63,179 nucleotides of DNA from Negaprion brevirostris (lineage: Eukaryota), in the NCBI GenBank assembly GCA_030324005.1, contig JARDVH010000133.1:5550359-5613537 (forward strand). The letters run 5' to 3'. This document shows positions 24,102 through 35,559 of this stretch, piece by piece. The position numbers and the translations under genes are program-made. The notes beneath the pieces are model-generated. The model had not been told where the DNA came from. It saw only the letters and a program-made list of their open reading frames with translations, and searched no databases. How positions within the stretch are numbered: position 1 is the stretch's first letter; every line of letters begins with the position of its first letter.

Positions 24102-24729
24102 GATGGCCTAGTGGTAGTATTGCTAGACTATTAATCCAAAAACCCAGCTAATGTTCTGAGGACCTGTGTTTGAATCCTGCCACGGCAAATGGTGGAATTT
24201 GAATTCCATTAAAAAAAATCTGGAATTAAGAATTGACTGATGATCATGAAACCATTGTCGATTGTTGGAAAAATCCATTTGGTTCACTTGTGCCCTTTAG
24301 GGAAGGAAATGGGCCATCCTTACCCGATCTAGCCTGCATGTGACTCAGAGCCACAGCAATGGGGCAGACTCTCAACTGCCCTGCAAGGGCAACTAGGGAT
24401 GGGCAATAAATGCTGGCCAGCCAGTGACAGTAATAAAGAGTTGAGGGAGAGTTGAGCTATGAGGAGAGGCTGAATAAACTAGGCTTGTACTCGTTAGAGT
24501 TTAGAAGAATGAGGGGAGATCTCATNNNNNNNNNNNNNNNNNNNNNNNNNNNNNNNNNNNNNNNNNNNNNNNNNNNNNNNNNNNNNNNNNNNNNNNNNNN
24601 NNNNNNNNNNNNNNNNNNNNNNNNNGATCTTATTGAATGGCAGGGCAGGCTCGAAGGGCTAGATGGCCTACTCCTGCTCCTATTTCTTATGTTCTTATGA
24701 TACCCATGTCCCTGGAATGAATTTAAAAA
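24102..24729 (+). mobile_element. tRNA-derived SINE with LINE-family-2 tail, interrupted by CR1
   Basis: tggcctagtggtagtattgctagact head, gtttgaatcc B box, 3' ggatgggcaataaatgctggcc...cccatgtccc...aatgaatttaaaaaa. Same family as 59242-59585. Confidence 0.8.
24430..24700 (+). mobile_element. young CR1 3' end (spans gap)
   Basis: SYEERLNKLGLYSLEFRRMRGDL, tail cttatgttcttatg. Confidence 0.9.
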
Positions 24730-25387
24730 ATCTGATGTGGACTTGCAACTGGTTCTAACTGGTGTTCAGTTCTCACAGGGAGAGACTGTTATCAGATGGC
24801 TGTTGCTGTAACAAAATAAATTGAGGAACCAAACATTTCCCTTAGCCTTTGTAGAACAAATGAGACTTTCAGCTATGACACAAAGAAACAAAAGATGCCA
24901 TGATGTCAAGATGCTAAACGAAGGCGTTAGTACGACAGGAGGATTAAAGATGAGCAGAATGAAATCATCTTTGACAGATCCAGCTACTACAGCAGATGAC
25001 ACAATCGGAACCATAATAGAAACACTGAAAATAGGAGCAGTAGGCCATTTGGTCCCTCAAGTCTGCTTCACCATTTAATATGATCATGGCTGGTGCTCCA
25101 CCTCAACGCTTTCTTCCTGCTCTCTTCCCATTATGGGTGAAGTAATCCCAGGAAGGCCCAAAGAACAGTCAATAGGTGCTTCAGATTTGACTTGAACTAT
25201 CATTATGCAGAGAACCGCCCAAAGCAAAGAGGCCAGGTCCTTGAAATGACACATAATAAAAGGAAATACAAATATAATAATGAATCTGAATAAATTATAC
25301 CAATCAAAATTACTGTGATGGCCAAGGACTCCTTTAACTGCAACACTAGATAGTACTTGTACTTCAATTGTACATGGGACAGATTTT

Positions 25388-25877
25388 AGAATCATAGAAT
25401 TCTACAGTGCAGAAAGAGACCATTTGGCCCACTGAGTCTGCACCGACCACAAAACTACCCAGGCCCTATCCGCATAACCCCATGCATTTACCCTAGCTAG
25501 TCCCCCTGACATTAAGGGGGAATTTAAATTTCCCAATCCACCAATGCTACAGATCTTTGGACTGTGGGAGGAAACTGGAGCACCTGGAGGAAACCCATGC
25601 AGACACGGGGAGAATGTGCAAACTCCACANNNNNNNNNNNNNNNNNNNNNNNNNNNNNNNNNNNNNNNNNNNNNNNNNNNNNNNNNNNNNNNNNNNNNNN
25701 NNNNNNNNNNNNNNNNNNNNNNNNNNNNNGGAGGAAACTGGAGCACCTGGAGGAAACCCATGCAGACACGGGGAGAATGTGCAAACTCCACACAGACAGT
25801 GACCCAGGTCGGGAATCAAATCCGGGTCCCTGGCGCTGAGAGGCAACAGTGCTAACTACTAAGCCAGTGTGCCGCCC
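25388..25877 (-). mobile_element. HE1/V-SINE, CR1-type tail, partly duplicated across gap
   Basis: V-SINE core, flanked by direct repeat agatt (25381-25385 and 25879-25883). Confidence 0.88.
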
Positions 25878-26099
25878 AAGATTGGTTAGAATATTATCTT
25901 GATTCACAAAATAGCATGAATGGGGAAAGATTAAGGAACACAAAAGTACTACTAGCTTTAGGTTTGGTTACAACAACACCTCAAGGCCACTAAAATAATC
26001 TGTGTATTAACAGGGCTAAGCCATATTTTAAGTACTGATGCATTCACTGGGAAAATAACTAACCTGTTGAGTTTTAAGACACAAATTAAATTTCACATA

Positions 26100-26205
26100 G
26101 ATAAGGGATAGAGTGGGGGAGAGGGCCTGGGTAGTATATTCTGTCAGAGTCGGTGCAGACTCAGTAGGTCGAATGGCCTCCTCTTGCACATTAGGGATTC
26201 TATGA
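26100..26205 (+). mobile_element. V-SINE 3' tail fragment
   Basis: gggcctgggt...gtcggtgcagactc...gaatggcctcctcttgcacattagggattctatgat. Confidence 0.7.
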
Positions 26206-26789
26206 TAAGCCAATTACCTAGAGCAGGTACTTGGTGACACATATTCCAATGAGGTATAGTTAGTAGGGTTGGATGTACAGGAAGCGCTACTAACAGCAAG
26301 TTTAAATATTGGCTGAACTTTAGAATGATGGTGAGAAATGAGGATTGATGAACTGTCAGATTGGAGTGAGAATGGAAAGTAAGAAAGTACGCTGCAATTA
26401 CCGATAGCACGAGCAAAATGACTCTTACGTCAGAAAATAATAGACTTAAGAGATTCGAATTCTGCAAGGGGAAAACAGCTTTGCAGTGGTAATTCTAACA
26501 GAAAAAGGACGTAGAGGCTGTTGCTTGAATAGATTAGACAATGAAATTAAGCCACAGAGCAGCCTCCTAATGGAACTGCAAGCAGAAATCCTCATGATTG
26601 AAGTGGGAGTTAGATAGTTTTGAGCGAGAGAGTTTGGATTTATTCTTAGTCACCAGATAAGGATCAACAAGCTTTGTTGCACAGGTGATTTCATAATACT
26701 TTAAGTCTTTGTGCAAGGCACAAGCAGGGCTAACTGCTAGATGTTTTGAAGAGCCAACTGAGTGGTATAAAGAGAACCACGGGAAAGTT

Positions 26790-27690
26790 ATGTCACAGAA
26801 AAAGGCCATTCGGCCCACCAAGGCCAAAAGAAAATGAACTGCCCATACTAATCCCAACTTCCAGTACCCAATCCATAGCCTAGCAGGTTACAGCATGTTT
26901 GATGCAGACCCAGGTACCTTTTAAATGAATTGAGGGTTTCTACCTCCACTACCAAACCAGGCAGTGAATTCCAAACATCCACCACCCTTTGGGGTGAAGA
27001 TGTTTTTTCACATGCCCACTCTAATCCCCCTAACACTCACCTTAAATCTGTGCCTCCTGGTAATTGCCTTCTGCAAAGAGAAATAGGATCTCCCTGCCTA
27101 TTCTGTCTAGGCCCCTCATAATCTTGTGCACCTCAATCAGGTCAGCCCCTCAGCCTCATTAGTTCCAAGGAAAACAACCTCAGCCTATCCAATCTTACCA
27201 TATAGCTGCAATTTCAAGCCCTGGCAACATTCTTGTAAATCTCCTTTCTACTTTCTCCAGAGCAACTATGTCTTTCCTGTAATGTGGTGACCAGAATTGT
27301 ACACAAAATTCCAGCTGTGGCCTAATCAATTTTTTGTACAGTTCTATTATCACATCTCTGCTTTTGTATTCTACATCTTGTCCAATAAAGGAAAGCACTC
27401 CATATGCTTTCTTTACCACCTTATCCACCTGCCTTGTCACCTTCAAGGACTCATGGACATCCATTCCAAGTCTCTCACTTCCTCTACCCCTCCCAATATC
27501 CTCCCATTTATTGTATATTCTCAGCTTCGTTTGCTCTTCCTAAATGCATTACCTCACACTGTTCTAGAGTGAATTCCATCAGCCACTTATTCACCCACTC
27601 AACCGAACCACTGATATTATTCTGGAGACAACAATTGTACTTTTCACTATCAACTACAAGACCAAGTTTTGTGGCATCTGCAAATTTGCC
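26790..27690 (-). mobile_element. CR1 LINE 3' part
   Basis: KFADATKLG..., VHESLKVTRQVDKVVKKAYGVLSFI...RPQLEFCVQFWSPHYRKDIVALEKVERRFTRMLPG. Confidence 0.92.
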
Positions 27691-27954
27691 TTCCACAGTG
27701 AGAAAAGACATCTTAAAAATTAGTTTAGCTCTTTTAGTGACATATTCATGGGAGTGTCGGTCAACTGTCATAGAAACAGCATTTCTGTTTTTCAAAGAGA
27801 AGTGTTTTTCAAAATCACCCAAGGAGACATAAGATGCAGAAGGAAAACTATGGAAATGAAACAGATTTGTCTGTTGTCTGAATGATGCTTCCTGGATATG
27901 GTATTTTTTGGTGAGATCTGTTTTGCTGAAAATAGATTATGTTCGATTAAAAAC

Positions 27955-28140
27955 ACTGTCGTAATGCAAGAAATGTGGCAGCCAATTTGCAGACAAAGTC
28001 CCACAAACAGTAATGTGATAATGACCAGATAATCTGCTTTAGTGACACTGGTTGAAGGATAAATATCGATTGGGACACAGTGGACAAGTCCCTTGTTCTT
28101 CGAAATAGTGTCATAGCATCTACTTTTTAACATCTCAAGC
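27955..28140 (-). mobile_element. DeuSINE (SacSINE1-like) fragment
   Basis: gcagccaatttgcagacaaagtcccacaaacagtaatgtgataatgaccagataatctg. Confidence 0.75.
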
Positions 28141-28789
28141 GCCCCACTTCATTCCAATAATAAATAGCCACAGCTTCACACCCTTCAGCCTATTTACCAT
28201 ACATTAGTTTCAAAATGAACTTATGGCAAGTTTCAGCCATCACTTACTAAACCCAAATCCCTGGGGAGTACAAAATGTTGTGAACAATTTATTTTCCACT
28301 GATGACCCTAGTTTAATTTTATTAAGGATATGAGTGTTCTCCCAAGATTAGTATGTCACAAGACATCTGGCCCTGCTACAACACTCCTGTTGTCCCTGGT
28401 TAAATCATTGAACAAAATGAAATAAACTTGCTTTGTAAGGGCCTCCTCCTTCTCCCCAGGCTAATTGTGATTTTATTAGTCTCTGCTGCAATGTATGATC
28501 TACATTCTGGTTATATCAGTTTACAGTCAACTAAGCAGCAAGGAATGTTGGTTGATGCTGACCAATAAGGTTATTATACCTTTCATGTGGAACAGCCACT
28601 AACAGCACTGAAGCTTAAACCGAGCATACAAAGAGATTGGGGTCAAGTTTTGATGGTGCTAAAACCTGGGCTCAATTGAATTTCCATCTGGTAAAGCTAA
28701 AACTAGTAGAAAGTAGAACATATTGTTCAGTCTTTAGGGATGTGTGTCACAAACCTGCTGCACATTTTAAAAAGAAATCACAGGTATTG

Positions 28790-29395
28790 CTGGTAAAGTC
28801 AGCATTTTTGCCCTGCCCTAGTTGCCCTTGAAGATGTTGGTGAGCTGCTTTCTTAAACTTCTGTAGTCTACGAGATGAAGGTACTCCCAAAGGACCGTAA
28901 AGTTGCAAATTTCAGGATTTTGATTCATTGACTATAAAAATTGGAATGGCAAGTGGTATGAAAGTCAACTTGTATTCGATGTTTCCATGTACTTGCTGCT
29001 ATTGTTCTTCTAGGTGGTGGAGGTTGTGGGTTTTAGAGTTGCTGTTGGAGATACCTTGGCAAGTTTCTTCAATGCATCATGTAGATAGTGCACACTGCAA
29101 ACACAGTAAGCCTGTGATGGAGGCAGTAGCTGTTAAAGATGGTGAATGGGCTGCCAATTAACTGGGTTGCTTTGTCCTAGATGGTGCTGACTTACATGAA
29201 TGCAACAACATTCATGGAAGTAGAGAATATTCCATTCCATACATAACTTGCATCTTGTCGGTGGTGGGGCGCCAGTGGACAGCCAGGTGGTGAGCTACTA
29301 ACTGTAGAATCCCAGCTTCTGATCAGCTCCGTTGATCATGGCATTTATGTGGATGGTCCAGTTGGGATACTGATCAATGTTGATCCCTACAGTGT
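28790..29395 (-). mobile_element. LINE family 2 (CR1/L2 superclade) 3' part
   Basis: cagcatttttgccctgccctagttgcccttgaag...; homologous to 52230-53020. Confidence 0.75.
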
Positions 29396-30444
29396 TAATN
29401 NNNNNNNNNNNNNNNNNNNNNNNNNACACCCAACAATTCTATGTGATCATTTTGTGTTTGTGCATTTAAGAAAAGATTTGCAAAGTAAGATAAACATGTT
29501 GGGGACTTTACCATTATCGTGCTATTAACATTCATGTTCTTTTTAATCACTCTACCTCTTGATGTCGATTGGTCAGGCACCAGGAACAGTTATATCTCAC
29601 TTGGCTCACAGTGTTCCCCAGCACCTGTGTAGTTTCTTTCATGGCTGAGATCATTGGTATACATGTACATACAGTGCCCGTATTGGTTTATGTCTGTGCG
29701 ATCAGAGAAACTAATTGCTCAGCTATTCTCTCCGGCGTGTCCTCTCTGCAAGCTTGTTCCTTTTACCACCCTGAGTCCTTGCTGCCACCTCTCCCAAGCC
29801 CTTACTGTGTGGTGCTCCACTCTGTTGTGAGCTGTGGTCTATTTCACTCTGTCTTACCCCAGTTGTTACTATTTATATTATTCCACAAGCAACTGATTCA
29901 CACCATCATGCCTAGTTACTATTCCTTCCGAGCACCACAATATGTATCATTGTTCCAGTTCATATACTGGCTCCCCATGCCCTGGTCAACAGTCACAAAA
30001 TGAACTGAATCAGCGTCCCTGGCATTACTGATGTTAATTATTTCAGAGTGTTAAAGGCTTTTATAATGCTAGGATGTTATTTGAAGCTTTCTGATCACCA
30101 AAATAATGCCGCATAGCACTATACGCATGACAATCTTGACATCCTTCACACCACAATTAGCTTTTGCACATTTCTAACACAGGAAATTATACAGCATAAG
30201 CACATGTGGACATGTTTGCATACTCGTAAAAAAACGTACAGCATAGTGCAACCATGCAGCAAACTTTATTGACTGCCATTTCCTACCTTGGATAACATGA
30301 CACTCTAATCCAGAGAGAATTCCAAAAATCCAGATAAGCTTTTAATATCCAAAGCTCTTCAGTCACTTGTTTTGATGTCACAAGCAGTCCAACTACATAT
30401 GTGAAAGTGTGCTCTGTGTAATTGCGGCTTCACCAAACTCAGTC

Positions 30445-32170
30445 TTTTTTATTCATTCGTGTAATGTGGGCATTGTTTGCAAGGCCCATCCCAAATTGCT
30501 TTTGGGAAGGTAATGGTAAACAGCCTTTTTGAACCACTGTGATCCATGTTGCGTAGGTTAACTCAAATTGCTGTTGGTTAGAACGTACTAGGATTTTGAT
30601 CCAGCGGCAGTGAAGGAGCAGTGATATATCTGAGTTAGGATGGAATGTGAATCAGAGGGGGACTTATATGTATGATGTTCTCATCTCTCTGCCATCCTTG
30701 CCCTTTTAGTTTGAAGAGGTTACAAATTTGGAAAGAGCTATCAAAAGGAGACTTGGCAAGTTGCTGCAATGTATCTTGTAGATACTACCATATGAATTAG
30801 GAACAAGAGTAGACCACTCAACCCTTCTCCACCATTCAATTAGATCATGGCTGATCTGACTGTAACCTCAACTTTACATTCTTGCATACCACTGAAAACC
30901 CTTCAATCCTATGTTTATCAAGAATCTCTCTCTGGTACGAACATGCAAATTAGGAACAGGCCACTTGACTCTTAAATTCCACCAGCTGTTGTGGCAGAAT
31001 TTGAACACATTTCCATATGGCATGAGTTTGGCTTCTGGATTACTAGTCCAGTGCTACTACCGCTATGCCACCATCTTCCCAGATAGTGCACACCACTGCC
31101 ATTGTGTGCTTGATGGAGGAAGTAAATGTGATGAGATGTCAATCAAGAGGGTAGATTTGTCATGGATGATGTTGAACTTCTTGAGTGCTATTAGAACTGC
31201 AGTGATCCAGACAATTGAAATCAGAGTGATTACTCTGTTCAGAAGTCAGTTGTAGCAGGAGACTACCAGGAGGACAGCAGAAACTTCAAAGCACCCCTGA
31301 AGAGACCAAACACCCCCATCNNNNNNNAGAGACACTAGCTTGTGACTGATCAAAATGGAAAAAGCCTATTTGGGAAGACACTGAACACATCGAGAGACTT
31401 TATAGGAACGTGCAGAGGTGAATTCATGGCTTTGAGGGGAGTGCAGAAACCTCCAAAGAACCCATCTACCCAATCCTTCAAGCAGTACCTGTCCTATATG
31501 TGGCAAAGTCTGCAGATTGTACATTGGCCTCATCAGCCATCTCAAATTTTAATGAATTAGAGTGGAAGCAAATCATCCACGATCCTGAGGGACAGCCCAA
31601 GAAGAATCATCCTGGTAGATGGAGAATATCCTATCACACTCCTGACTTCTGCCTTGTAGATGGCAGGTAGGCTTCGGGGAGTCAGGAAGAGAGTTACGAA
31701 TATGGTTATGTTTCTAGTTAATAGTTAACACCCAGAAAGTTGATGGTGGAAAATTCAACGAAAATGATGCCATTGAACATCAAGGAGAGATGGTTAGATT
31801 CTATCTTGTTGGAGATGGATATTGCCTGCAAATATTATTTTTCATTTTCAGCCCAAGACTGAGTGTTGTCCAGATTTTGCACAATATTTGAGGAGTAATG
31901 AATGGAACTGAGCACTCTGCAATCACCAATTCTGACCTTTGAATGGAGGGAAGGTGATTGACAAGGAATCTAACTATCTGAGGTAGTGTGAATGGCACTA
32001 AATGCTGTGCAATCATTACTGAACATCCCCATTTATGATCGTATGGTGAAGAGAAAGTCATTGATCAAGTAACTGAAGATAGTTGGGCCTAGGACACTAC
32101 CCTGAGGAACCTCTGCAGTGATGTCCAATGGCTGAGATGATTGGCCTCCAAACAATGGAGTTTTGCTCCT
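30445..32170 (-). mobile_element. LINE family 2 copy interrupted by a CR1 tail (about 30790-30930), a SINE fragment (about 30960-31080) and RTE
   Basis: Segments 30445-30785, 31080-31210 and 31615-32170 are collinear with 52230-53020 and extend further 5'. Confidence 0.7.
31220..31606 (+). mobile_element. RTE-clade LINE 3' end
   Basis: RRLPGGQQK...ETLACD*SKW...STCPICGKVCRLYIGLISHL (C-terminal C2H2-like motif), then an aagaagaa tail. Confidence 0.75.
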
Positions 32171-32676
32171 GATTCCTATTGGGCTTCTTGACCAAAGATA
32201 TTGTTTGTTGTTGGTACAAAAGCTTAACTATAATTCCTGACTAAATATTTTTGCTTCATGAGTATTTTTTGGCGAGCATTATTTGTTCAACAGGAATTGG
32301 TTCCACTTCAAATGAAAGCAGTAGTGCCTTGAGGCAGACAGGACTGTAAAGTTGCTTTGGCTTACAAATCTGAACAACAGAGGTGTTTTAATGCCAATGT
32401 CATAATGGTTGAGGCTTGATTCATTTTTTGAGTTTTAAAAATAATCTTTGTTAAGTACCAAAGATTAAACCCTGAACATGAGAGCACAACATGTAATTCT
32501 GGATAAATCATAAACTCAAAACACCTAATTCTCCTTTTACAAAGTGTGATTTCAGCATATGGCACCATTGGCGGANNNNNNNNNNNNNNNNNNNNNNNNN
32601 NNNNNNNNNNNNNNNNNNNNNNNNNNNNNNNNNNNNNNNNNNNNNNNNNNNNNNNNNNNNNNNNNNNNNNNNNNNA

Positions 32677-32912
32677 TAGGTCCTATCCCCATAACAAAAT
32701 GCATTTACTCTAGCTAGTCACCCTGACACTAAGGGGCAATTTAATATGATCAATCCATCTAACCCACACGTCTTTGGACTGAGGGAGCACCCAGCAAAAA
32801 CCCATGCGTACACGGGGAGAATGTGCAACAGACAGTGACCCAAGCCGGCAGTCAAACCTGGGTCCCTGGCGCTGTGAGGCAGCCGTGCTAACCATTGTGA
32901 TGCCATGCCACC
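32677..32912 (-). mobile_element. HE1/V-SINE
   Basis: V-SINE core and head in reverse complement. Confidence 0.85.
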
Positions 32913-32929
32913 CAAATCAAATCAAATCA

Positions 32930-33205
32930 ACAAGAAAGTGGTGGGTTGCCTCCTTCCTGAACCACAGCATGGCAAACTTGGTACAACTGAACATGCCATT
33001 AGACCTCTCAAGAATCATTGGCTTGGGACTGGAGTCACACATTGGTCCAGACTAGGAAAGGGAGGTAGCTTTCCTTCCCTAAAGGTACATTTGGGAACCA
33101 GTTGGGTTTTTCTGACAGGCTCACAGATTCATGTTCATTTTATTGGATTCTATTTTCAGATTTTTTAAAAAAAGAGAGCTTTCAAATCTGGGATTTGAAC
33201 CCATT
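32930..33205 (-). mobile_element. SINE of the 24102/59242 family, decayed
   Basis: ctggagtcacacat...ttccttccctaaagg...gaaccagttgggtttt...gggatttgaaccc. Confidence 0.6.
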
Positions 33206-34811
33206 TTCACCGGATCAACACTAACAATGACTGCACTAACCCCTACCTCCCTCAATTTGAAAATACTGTACAGTCTCTCTTTGTGTTGGATCAGAGGTGA
33301 AGATTTCCACTTGGATAAGACAGTGGAATGGGGAGGCCACACTAGTCAGATTGGAGTGAATGAAGAGTCCCTGGCTTCAGCAGGAAAGGAAGAAATTTCG
33401 GGTGTTTCTNNNNNNNNNNAAACAGAGTTCCTTCTTGTCTCCAGGCAGTCTCCCATTGTCCAGTCTTGGATATAACAGAGGGAGTGGGATTGAGCAACCT
33501 AGACTCAAGTCATTTCATCATTTGTAGTTGAAATGCAGGAGAACAGCTCACATAGCTACTGGTTAGAGTCTTTGAGTGACATCAAGGCATCATGTTGAAG
33601 TCATGATGTTGTTATAATGAGCTGGTGGGTCAGGTGGATAGAACTGTAACTAACCCTCTACAAGGATGGTTTTCCAAAACCCAATACAGACAACAGGACA
33701 ACCACAGTCCAACATTCCTGGCACAAAGATTTCCAATGTCAGTCAAGTCAGTGGGGGATGTAATAACACAGGGAAACCAGAGGGAGTCAGAGCCACTGGT
33801 TAAACAAGAAACCAACATTTGATTAATGGAGGAAATATCCCTAAACTACTGTCTTACCTATGCATGACAAAAGGTTAACAGCATCCTTAACTTTTATTCT
33901 ATATTTAACCTTGTCTTTATTGAATTCCCCTGGAATGCTGCAGTGAAACTATCATACAAAGTCATGCGCACATCTTTCCAGATAGTGTGAAACTCAATTT
34001 ATTAAAAAATCAAACCTCTATTTAACCAGGGCTCAATAAAGACACTGAAATTAACCTGTAGAATTCAGTGTCGGGGACGAGGCAGTCACTGAACGAAAGA
34101 GAGCACATAATGTTGAAAGCAGGAAATAACAGTTCTCCCACTATTCCTCTCCTCCTTCTCCTCTCCCCTCTGCCACCCCCACACCCTTCTCTCTGGCAGC
34201 TGTCAAGCTAACAGAGGCTCCAGTAGACTCAGCAGAGACAGCATTCATCTAGCACTGAATATGGGAGCTATACTGCTCCTGTTGTTCCTCAGATGACTGG
34301 AGGATTCACAGAGCCCCTGTCTATCTATCATAAACACATGAAACCTCATCGTTCTTCTAAATACGTTCTTCTAAAGGGAAGACTTGCTGGGCTATCAACT
34401 CAAAAAAGGAGCAGCATTGGTACTAACTGGCAAGCTCTTTTAATGACTCAGCACAGGAACAATGGGCAGAATGGCCTCGTCCTGCACTGGAAGACTCCAG
34501 GCAGTGCCTGTATGCTATGCATTGGCAGCAGTGATTTCTGCATTGCACAACAGCTGTCCAAACACAGACAGAGGCACACGAACAGGGTCTGGGTCAACAG
34601 CTGGTTACACCGCTATATGATCCATTCTGGGAGGGTGGGACAGCCCCAGTGTTGTTACAGAAAAGAATAAGTTACTTGATTCTCAGAATGTCACATTTTT
34701 ATTTTGCAGCTTTACATTCTGAGCCTTCAGCAGCTCCGCCCTCTGGTGCAAGGCTGCCGACCCTTCTCCGGGCAGTCTCCCATTGTCTAGCCTTGGATAT
34801 GAGGGAAGGAT

Positions 34812-35096
34812 GGGCGGCCCGGTGGCACAGTGGTTAGCGCTGCTACCTCACAGTGCTAGGGACCCAGGTTTGATTCCCAGCTCGGGCCGCTGTCTGTGTG
34901 AGGCTCGCAGGTTCTCTCTGTGTCTGTGTGGGTTTCTTCTGGGTGCTCTGGTTTCCTCCCACACTCTGAAAGACATGCTGGTTAGGTGCATTGACCCCTA
35001 CAGGTGCCGGAGTGTGACGACTAGGGAAATTTCACAGTAACTTCATTGCAGTGTTAATGTAAGCCTAGTGCAACTAATAAATAAAAAACTTTAAAA
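34812..35096 (+). mobile_element. V-SINE, tail type B
   Basis: gggcggcccggtggcacagtggttagc...ttcacagtaacttcattgcagtgttaatgtaagcct...aataaa. Confidence 0.88.
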
Positions 35097-35559
35097 GAGA
35101 ACCATAGCACACTCATACAGATAACTCCAATGCTAACACAAATACTGAAAATATGATTCCTTTTTGGGTCCAATTGGATTTGTTGACACTACATAGATTT
35201 CTCTTACTCTTGGTCTAATGCACATTGTGGATACTTCAGAATAGATGTGCTGGGAATGTCAATTCTCCCAATCATTAAGAACAGGGTTTTAAATATCACC
35301 AATAATTCAACCCTCCATTGTGTTCATCAAAGATTGTAAATGTTTCAACTATTTTCTCACTCTAATTTTCCTGCCCCTCTTCCACTCTGACCGTTTCTTG
35401 CTTTTCTCTCTTTGCATATGGCTCTCACATTTTGTTTTGCTACTTTTAAATTCTTCCTCTTGTTCTCCTATGTTTCTATGATCGAAATAAGAACATACTC
35501 TATTTTAATTAAAACTATGTGACATTGCAACAATTCTCTGGTTAACGTGACACACACAA

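Larger units (their letters stand above)
23371..27955 (+). mobile_element. fragmented Ty1/copia-type LTR retrotransposon interrupted by SINEs and LINEs
   Basis: Possible LTR about 23371-23575 (weak). Gag-like HEAWSEFDKF...EYIMDFNR (23940-24030) and DVDLQLVLTGVQF (24733). Protease LDSTCTSIVHGTDWLEYYLDS (25345-25385 joined to 25879-25910). Copia RT KAQAGLTARCFEE (about 26715) and TVRKDILKISLALLVTYSWECRSTVIETAFL...KLWK...LNDASWIWY (27694-27910). Confidence 0.75.

Noticed and set aside
26567-26857. ORF containing LVDPY, like PPIL2 FVDPYEEAD
   Set aside because: Flanking residues do not match and it lies antisense to copia RT sequence.
29569-30003. 144-aa ORF as a gene
   Set aside because: No family resemblance apart from a faint L2-like YWLPMP; probably decayed repeat.
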